32,735 nucleotides of DNA, from contig CAZNZT010000012.1 of the NCBI GenBank assembly GCA_964577685.1, positions 1-32,735 of the forward strand. The letters are read 5' to 3'. Positions 27,401 to 32,735 of this stretch are shown here, in pieces; within the stretch, counting starts at the first letter, position 1, and each line of letters begins with the position of its first letter. Source of the DNA: an uncultured Methanosarcinales archaeon. GTDB taxonomy: Archaea; Nanobdellota; Nanobdellia; Woesearchaeales; JACPBV01. The notes beneath the pieces were generated by a model. The model made no database searches and was not told the origin of the DNA. It worked only from the letters and a program-made list of their open reading frames with translations. The position numbers and the translations under genes are program-made.

Positions 27401-30400
27401 GTAAGATTGTCAATATTGTATATAACATAAATAGACTGGGTTATATCAAACATAGATGGAGGCTCTTTATCAACAAAAAATCTCCTAGTTTCTGACCAAT
27501 TTTGGTTCATAAGACCATCAAAACAAGTAATATTCCAACTATAAGAACCATGCTGTACATCTGTTACATTGAAATATGTATAACTACCATTATATGCCGT
27601 ACTATTTGTCTGATTAAGAGTACCATTAACATACAGAGAACAATTCAATATATTAAATAAATTATCGCTAGCTGTAAAATTAAATAAAATCCAATCATTG
27701 CTGGTATTATACCCATCCAACGGTGCATTTAATATTATAGATGGTGCTGTTAAATCAATATTAAAGCTCCTTGTCTCACTCGTATTGGTATTATTAATGT
27801 TATCCCAGCATGTTACATTCCAATAATGGGTTCCTTCAACAAAACCATTAACAGTATAATTTGTAGAGAAACCATTTGGAGAACTAATATTTGATTTATT
27901 CACTACCCCATCAACAGTCAGATTGCATGTAATATTATTAGTCGGAACATTATCAGTAGCAGTCCAATTAAAGTTGATTGAAGTAGAAGAAGTATTGTAA
28001 ACATCTGGAACATTCAACTGCACAACAGGAGGAGTTGTATCTGGAACTACCTCAAAGGTTTTATAATCATACCCGTTATAATAATTTGATTTAGATGCCA
28101 ATGAAGTAGCAGAATACCACCCATAATCCAAATAGAGGGTATCATACTGCAAAGTCCAGTAACCATCCAACCCTGTCACAGATGAATTGCTTGTTAAAAA
28201 TTCTTCTTCTCCACCATCAACGACTAGAGGTCCCTCCCCAATATACCTTCTAACTTTTATGTTGTCCCATCTTCCAATTAATCTATAAGCTCCAATACCA
28301 AAGCCACCTTCATCAAGAATAGCTGCCGATGATGAGTCAGTATAATTTATAATATTATTCCCATCAACAAATGTTCTAATAATAACATTAGAATTGTTAT
28401 TATAAACCATTAACTTCAAGTGGTGCCAAACATTTTTAGTACTATTGTAATAACTAGAAGCTGCAAGCTCCACATCACTTGTACCGTTATTCCTCCTAAG
28501 TTTACTGTACTCTAAAAGGTTAGTTGAAACAAAGAAATAATAATTGATATTGCCTTTTACCCTAACACCTAATTCCAACCTAGCATTAGCTCCCGTCCAA
28601 GAAGTTACATATTGATCTGCCTCTATAACAACATCTGCAAGAGAGGGTAAATTTTTCCTTATAGACTTATTAGAGTCAAGAGTAATCCATTTATTTACTG
28701 AATCGTATGATAAAGATCCATCGCTAGATTCTATTGAAGTAGAAAATGGCCTTGTCTTATTATACTCATCCAAAGTATCAGTATCAAAAGCATCATAATA
28801 GAAATAAACATTTGATTTATTTTCTGGGGGATTTGTCACAGATGAATTACCATAGTAAACATAATAGCCTAACTCTGATGAATTTACAGAGATATTTCTT
28901 TCGGTTCTAAATAAGATATGTGTTGTAGTAGTATTAATACCAAACACTATTCTGTCTAATTCCTTCCAACCATTAGTCATGCTGTCCCAATAAGTTATTC
29001 TTAAATCAGAACCATTAACTTGCATCTTACCTGCATTTATTAAACTTAATGTATCTAGAGTATAATTAATAGTATAATTAGCCTGAATTACTTTGCTTCC
29101 ATTGTTAGTTATATTTATCATTCTCCTATATTTGTAAGAGTGATTCCACCATGGTAATGTTGCATTACCTTTAATAATATATGTTGTCACATTAGCATTT
29201 AGTTTATTACCAAAAATATCTGTTACATTTGTCATTATATTAGCTATTTCACCAAGCTCATATTCTGGCTGATCGAGAGTTACATTAACCCTAAGCGTTG
29301 TTGTCTTCAATAAGGTAAAGTTCCATGTAGGACTACTTCCTGTATTATAATAACCAATACTAGTATCAGTACAATTAACACTCCAAGAATAATTCCCATC
29401 TGATACACCATTTATCATGAATGTATTTATTTCTCCTTCCACCACAAGAGAGTTATTAGTTTGATTCAGCTTATTATTGAATATTAAAGAACAGTTTGCT
29501 ATTCCAGACAAGGTATCAGTCACATTATACACAAAAACAATATCCTCACTTGTGTATATTGAATCATTCTTAGGAGATATTAATGTAACAATTGGAGGAT
29601 CCCTATCCGGTTCTACTGTTAAATTTCTGATAACAGAACTATTAACATTGTTTGCATAATCAGTACAATTAATACTCCAATTATATTGGGCTTCTGGCAT
29701 ATTTGTCTTTGTGAAATTTAAAGTTATTCCTTCTACTATGGAATATTTTGTTTCGTTTATTATCCCATTAAATATAAGAGAACAGCTCTTAGTTCCAGAG
29801 GTAGCATCGCTGACATTATACTTAAATACAACATTTCCATACAAACTCCTGGTATTATTTTCTGGTTCTATTAAGTTAATTGTTGGTCCTTTTCTATCAA
29901 GAGTAATATTATAATGAGTGTCATTACCGCTAACTAAACCCAAACTATCATTAGCATAAACCCTTATCTGATAATAATTTCCATCTTCTAGGCTAGTTAA
30001 GTTCCATGTGCAGTTGTATGGTGGTGCTCCATCTGTATCATAACAAGCTATATTCCAAGAAGCAGTATTATTCTTCCTATACAAGAAAACAGTTGTATTA
30101 ACACCTGAACCATAATCTGCTACTGTAGCATTTAGCATATAGTAGTTTGTTGAAATATTGGTAAAGTTCTGTGGTCTATCTAATACTACTATCGGAGCAG
30201 TAGAATCTAAAGTTATTACTCTTGTTTCTGTTGAGTTTTTGTTATTTGCCTTGTCTTCTATGGTTACATTATAATAGTAAACCATATTGGAGTTAAGATT
30301 TGTAAAGTTAATACTCCTGTTGCCTTTGCCTAAGGTTGTTGTGTTGATATTGTCAAAGCTGCTATTATAAAGGTAGAAGGTAATGTTATCTTCATTTATA

Positions 30401-32733
30401 TCATAAGCTGAGACATTAATATATATCCAATCTCTATTGAAGTAGGTGTTGTTATTTTCTGTACCACCTGCATAGGATATTGATGGGTATGTTGTATCAA
30501 TGTTTATTGTGAAATTAGTACTATTGAACATACCATTTTTCTCGCTATCATTACACCAGACATTCCATATATAAATTCCATCACTAAGATTCAATGTCAC
30601 TATGTCTTGTTGTCCAGATACTACAGAGCTATTTGTTTCATTTGCTTTCCAACTAGATGCATTATGGTATAATATACATGTATCTAGATTCGGATCTATA
30701 GCAGTATATCCAAAGTCTACAACCCCTACATTATTCCAAGTATCATCTAATGGTATATCCAAAGAAATCCTTGGAGGAGTATTGTCTATTCCTATTGTTA
30801 TATATGTGCTATTGGTCAGTCCATCACTGTCAGTTATGTTCAGCTTTAAATAACAATCAAAGCTTTCCTCAGAACATTGTGTCTGGGATGATGTATTAAA
30901 GGTGCAATTCTCATCTTTGGTACTACATATTATTGTAGGTGAATCAAAATCAGTGTTATTGTCTAACTCAAATCTGTATAAACTTATATTCTGGTCATCA
31001 GTTGAAGCAGATGCATTTAATATCTCAAGACCATGTAACCATGTTCCATTAAGAGGATATGTAAAGCTAGCAGTTGGATGGTCGTTTATTGTAATATTAA
31101 CTGACTCTTGGGAGATATAAGAACCAACATTAGAGGAGTCTGCTCTACACCATACCTCCCATGAAGTTGCTCCTGAATCTATAGTTGATCTTATAGTAAA
31201 GGTATAATTACAGGGCGTAGTGTTCCCTGCAGTTAAATTACCACAAAAATAGGTATCATTATAATTCACCAAATAAGGAGTAGTAGTCGTTACATCAGAG
31301 GCACCACTAAAATTATATTGAACATATAAATACACATCAGTACAATTCTGAGGAGTATCATCACAAATAACAGAACATGTTTGGTTATATGTATAATTAA
31401 CAGCTGGTTCAGATTCATTTATCTTTAAATTGACTAGAGGATAGGTCATATTAACAGTCAGAGTTCCAATACTAGTGGTATTCCAAGTCAATCCAGTAAT
31501 AGTAAAGTTCAGATTCCCAGCAGAATCATTTGCATATGTTATTGTCCAATTATATGTCCCCAATTGGGTGGCTCTATATTCCACAGAATAAACATCATCT
31601 GTATCACTTTGATCACAGGGAGTAGTTATATTATTATATAACCTAACCGTCTCAGGTATCTTGTTAGGAGGAATAATATAAGCCCAAACCCAGTTCACAC
31701 CAGAAATTGTATCTAAAACAGTAGCATTTAGACAAACATAAGTGGTGATACTCAGGTTAGTAGAGTTCCTATTCATATCACTTATAGAAGGAAATGTCAA
31801 ATCAACTTTAACAATCCTCTCCTCACTTTTGTTTTCATTCCCCAAAGTATCGGTACAATTAACACTCCAGTTATAGCTACCTGAACCTAAAAGCTGTGTG
31901 AAGTTTTGTGTTATTATTTCGCTAATTGTATAGTTGGTTTGGTTTAGTTTGTTGTTGATTATTAAGCTGCAATTTGCTATTGTTAATAATACATCACTGA
32001 CATTATACTCAAATAAGACAGGATTAGTTAGATTGTTTTCCCATGTATCATTCTCTGGTGAAATTAAACTAATAACTGGGGGCGTGGTATCTATCCTTAC
32101 TATTCTTGTTTCTGTTTGATTATAGTTGCCAGCAGAATCATTCAACCATACATAGTATTGGTATTCACCATCCTTCAGGTTAACCAGAGTGAAATTTGTA
32201 TAATTCCCAGAATAACTCTTTGTCTTGTTCTTGGTGTTATTCCAATATAAAACAATAGTATCTGGATTAATTTCAGTATGGGTTACATTAATTGTTAATG
32301 TTCCGCTGGTTTGGTTTGTATCATTAATAGGAGTCGGTGGTTTGAAACTAATCACAGGATAAGTTGTATCTAAAGTTATTACTCTTGTTTCTGTTGAGTT
32401 TTTGTTATTTGCCTTGTCTTCTATGGTTACATTATAATAGTAAACCATATTGGAGTTAAGATTTGTAAAGTTAATACTCCTGTTGCCTTTGCCTAAGGTT
32501 GTTGTGTTGATATTGTCAAAGCTGCTATTATAAAGGTAGAAGGTAATGTTATCTTCATTTATATCATAAGCTGAGACATTAATATATATCCAATCTCTAT
32601 TGAAGTAGGTGTTGTTATTTTCTGTACCACCTGCATAGGATAGTGATGGGTATGTTGTATCTAAAGTTATTACTCTTGTCTCTGTTGAGTTTTTGTTATT
32701 TGCCTTGTCTTCTATGGTTACATTATAATAGTA
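24439..32733 (-). CDS. Giant Ig-repeat surface glycoprotein/adhesin, 5' end outside the window (at least 2764 aa)
   Basis: The frame stays open from 32448 to the window edge. Many DxxxP..CxL..YNWSVNCxD Ig repeats; DUF2341-like plus ConA/LamG-like region (about 28250-29150); FnIII-like domain; two terminal WNL(V) repeats; dense NxS/T sequons. Confidence 0.88.
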   Translation of the reverse strand, partial: YYYNVTIEDKANNKNSTETRVITLDTTYPSLSYAGGTENNNTYFNRDWIYINVSAYDINEDNITFYLYNSSFDNINTTTLGKGNRSINFTNLNSNMVYYYNVTIEDKANNKNSTETRVITLDTTYPVISFKPPTPINDTNQTSGTLTINVTHTEINPDTIVLYWNNTKNKTKSYSGNYTNFTLVNLKDGEYQYYVWLNDSAGNYNQTETRIVRIDTTPPVISLISPENDTWENNLTNPVLFEYNVSDVLLTIANCSLIINNKLNQTNYTISEIITQNFTQLLGSGSYNWSVNCTDTLGNENKSEERIVKVDLTFPSISDMNRNSTNLSITTYVCLNATVLDTISGVNWVWAYIIPPNKIPETVRLYNNITTPCDQSDTDDVYSVEYRATQLGTYNWTITYANDSAGNLNFTITGLTWNTTSIGTLTVNMTYPLVNLKINESEPAVNYTYNQTCSVICDDTPQNCTDVYLYVQYNFSGASDVTTTTPYLVNYNDTYFCGNLTAGNTTPCNYTFTIRSTIDSGATSWEVWCRADSSNVGSYISQESVNITINDHPTASFTYPLNGTWLHGLEILNASASTDDQNISLYRFELDNNTDFDSPTIICSTKDENCTFNTSSQTQCSEESFDCYLKLNITDSDGLTNSTYITIGIDNTPPRISLDIPLDDTWNNVGVVDFGYTAIDPNLDTCILYHNASSWKANETNSSVVSGQQDIVTLNLSDGIYIWNVWCNDSEKNGMFNSTNFTINIDTTYPSISYAGGTENNNTYFNRDWIYINVSAYDINEDNITFYLYNSSFDNINTTTLGKGNRSINFTNLNSNMVYYYNVTIEDKANNKNSTETRVITLDSTAPIVVLDRPQNFTNISTNYYMLNATVADYGSGVNTTVFLYRKNNTASWNIACYDTDGAPPYNCTWNLTSLEDGNYYQIRVYANDSLGLVSGNDTHYNITLDRKGPTINLIEPENNTRSLYGNVVFKYNVSDATSGTKSCSLIFNGIINETKYSIVEGITLNFTKTNMPEAQYNWSINCTDYANNVNSSVIRNLTVEPDRDPPIVTLISPKNDSIYTSEDIVFVYNVTDTLSGIANCSLIFNNKLNQTNNSLVVEGEINTFMINGVSDGNYSWSVNCTDTSIGYYNTGSSPTWNFTLLKTTTLRVNVTLDQPEYELGEIANIMTNVTDIFGNKLNANVTTYIIKGNATLPWWNHSYKYRRMINITNNGSKVIQANYTINYTLDTLSLINAGKMQVNGSDLRITYWDSMTNGWKELDRIVFGINTTTTHILFRTERNISVNSSELGYYVYYGNSSVTNPPENKSNVYFYYDAFDTDTLDEYNKTRPFSTSIESSDGSLSYDSVNKWITLDSNKSIRKNLPSLADVVIEADQYVTSWTGANARLELGVRVKGNINYYFFVSTNLLEYSKLRRNNGTSDVELAASSYYNSTKNVWHHLKLMVYNNNSNVIIRTFVDGNNIINYTDSSSAAILDEGGFGIGAYRLIGRWDNIKVRRYIGEGPLVVDGGEEEFLTSNSSVTGLDGYWTLQYDTLYLDYGWYSATSLASKSNYYNGYDYKTFEVVPDTTPPVVQLNVPDVYNTSSTSINFNWTATDNVPTNNITCNLTVDGVVNKSNISSPNGFSTNYTVNGFVEGTHYWNVTCWDNINNTNTSETRSFNIDLTAPSIILNAPLDGYNTSNDWILFNFTASDNLFNILNCSLYVNGTLNQTNSTAYNGSYTYFNVTDVQHGSYSWNITCFDGLMNQNWSETRRFFVDKEPPSMFDITQSIYVIYNIDNLTVFVNVTDDVSIDSVVIEGNWSGTFYNYTLVEFSGTGHSRRYNYTITSDNLNSGEFVVYRFYANDTFGNINYSLSYNFTVVKSVANVSIVYPKYEINRYINNTFWLNATTTALNGSVYDCNLSVDYAPGLTLISNKVQSVGNLSNGSSYSNTRWLFNGTVVGNYRINITSNCSEGESTRIGSVNIEITPTFSNITSESYAELVVIDNLTYYHTSSETGVDWWINDSEELIGFNSSNPSEYWFKYKWYIILNNTLIYDFANVTWDVRRTGVFGFDNSTFIQYIGRLEEHNIRINYTKKVYSYSKKDNVTFLVENLGQNNFSDVKLRLVLKSFDISRNGILDNFTLVNSSGSVESYYMNSTTSLGYDKDDFNIPEIYFVDSYSSIRGYAYWDWDMLVDNVKQDLNNFSFDAGGDDFMINLTFDLGNLSSSSMLGLDPGVGLITPSLIMRTDTIDNMSASELGTTYTDVTFELTDNNVDTYDYARKRVGDDVQVLNILNETEMSVYDNVYLRIYLYDISPLSSYPIVVYSYNKDNVTVNESNHIDYTFTSAQQGSWVQINITRVARNQNDWGYIRVRLTPNGSAVGNNRIIYFSEIRFNVTDETPPSIVLLNPVDDFNTTSKNISFNFTVSDKVDYNLSCNLTLDGIVNITNISALNGTYVNYTIHSLSEGTHYWNVTCWDDSGNLNTSLTYFFTVIDEPKNLTATLASDNVSIVLNWTSKSYSATYNIYMIDNYTTPFSEIANVSGVNDSNWTDTGAWQSRMRFYKVATVRGNVNKTSTLIVGKYEFELIFENESSSDWNLVSIPLQLNKWELYNGSNDGYDFPVKPSKCIKSLWRYNTSTGWDRADYLNGNWTPATGDEDFTRLEPARGYWFEVNKSCNLTFVGRVPLEALNVSLFSGWNLVGWYSTNSSPLPTYGADPYPITVTPTNSVKAIDRYNTITDRFEVTVHYDDWGWWPSWNNPDFTTVDPGLGYYFDVVLDANWTLDPNT
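30205..30498. repeat. Dispersed copy of a 294-nt coding module
   Basis: 293/294 identical to 32368-32661. Confidence 0.95.
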
Positions 32734-32735
32734 AA
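32368..32735. repeat. Tandem array with a 291-nt (97-aa) period, running off the window
   Basis: The unit restarts at 32659; the 77 visible nt differ from the previous unit at one position. Confidence 0.92.

Noticed and set aside
32446..32448. Met at 32448 as start of the giant gene
   Set aside because: It is an internal Met within a repeat; the frame is open to the window edge and there is no signal peptide or SD.
30205..32735. DGR template/variable repeat pair
   Set aside because: Only two differences among the copies, all copies are in-frame coding, and no reverse transcriptase is in the window.

Overview
AT-rich archaeal window. GatE, BRE/TATA promoters, an OGG2 glycosylase and very dense N-glycosylation sequons point to Archaea; the gene set suggests DPANN, possibly Woesearchaeota (inference). 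The left part holds an attC/REP-like nested hairpin (10-190), a short GatE lacking its AspRS-like insertion, a thiM-thiE-thiC operon whose ThiM has a ~155-aa Glu/Lys helical tail, GT3 glycogen synthase with a debranching enzyme, and small membrane proteins including a multi-TM/M50-type peptidase fusion. Most of the rest is a minus-strand cell-surface locus in two blocks. Block 1 (17694 to beyond 32735) encodes a >2760-aa Ig-repeat adhesin that runs off the window, a cadherin-like/PGF-pre-PGF anchored protein, an Ig protein, a Cys-repeat protein and a DUF916-like membrane-anchored protein. Block 2 (11556-14190) encodes a wHTH regulator, a strand-specific RNA hairpin, a small secreted protein with strong expression signals and a paralogue of a block 1 domain. 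Best hypothesis: an uncharacterised archaeal WxL/chaperone-type surface fibre system whose giant adhesin is being remodelled by near-identical DNA modules with foreign codon usage. No rRNA, tRNA, CRISPR array, transposase or integrase was seen. All family calls come from motif recognition by eye, not from database searches.
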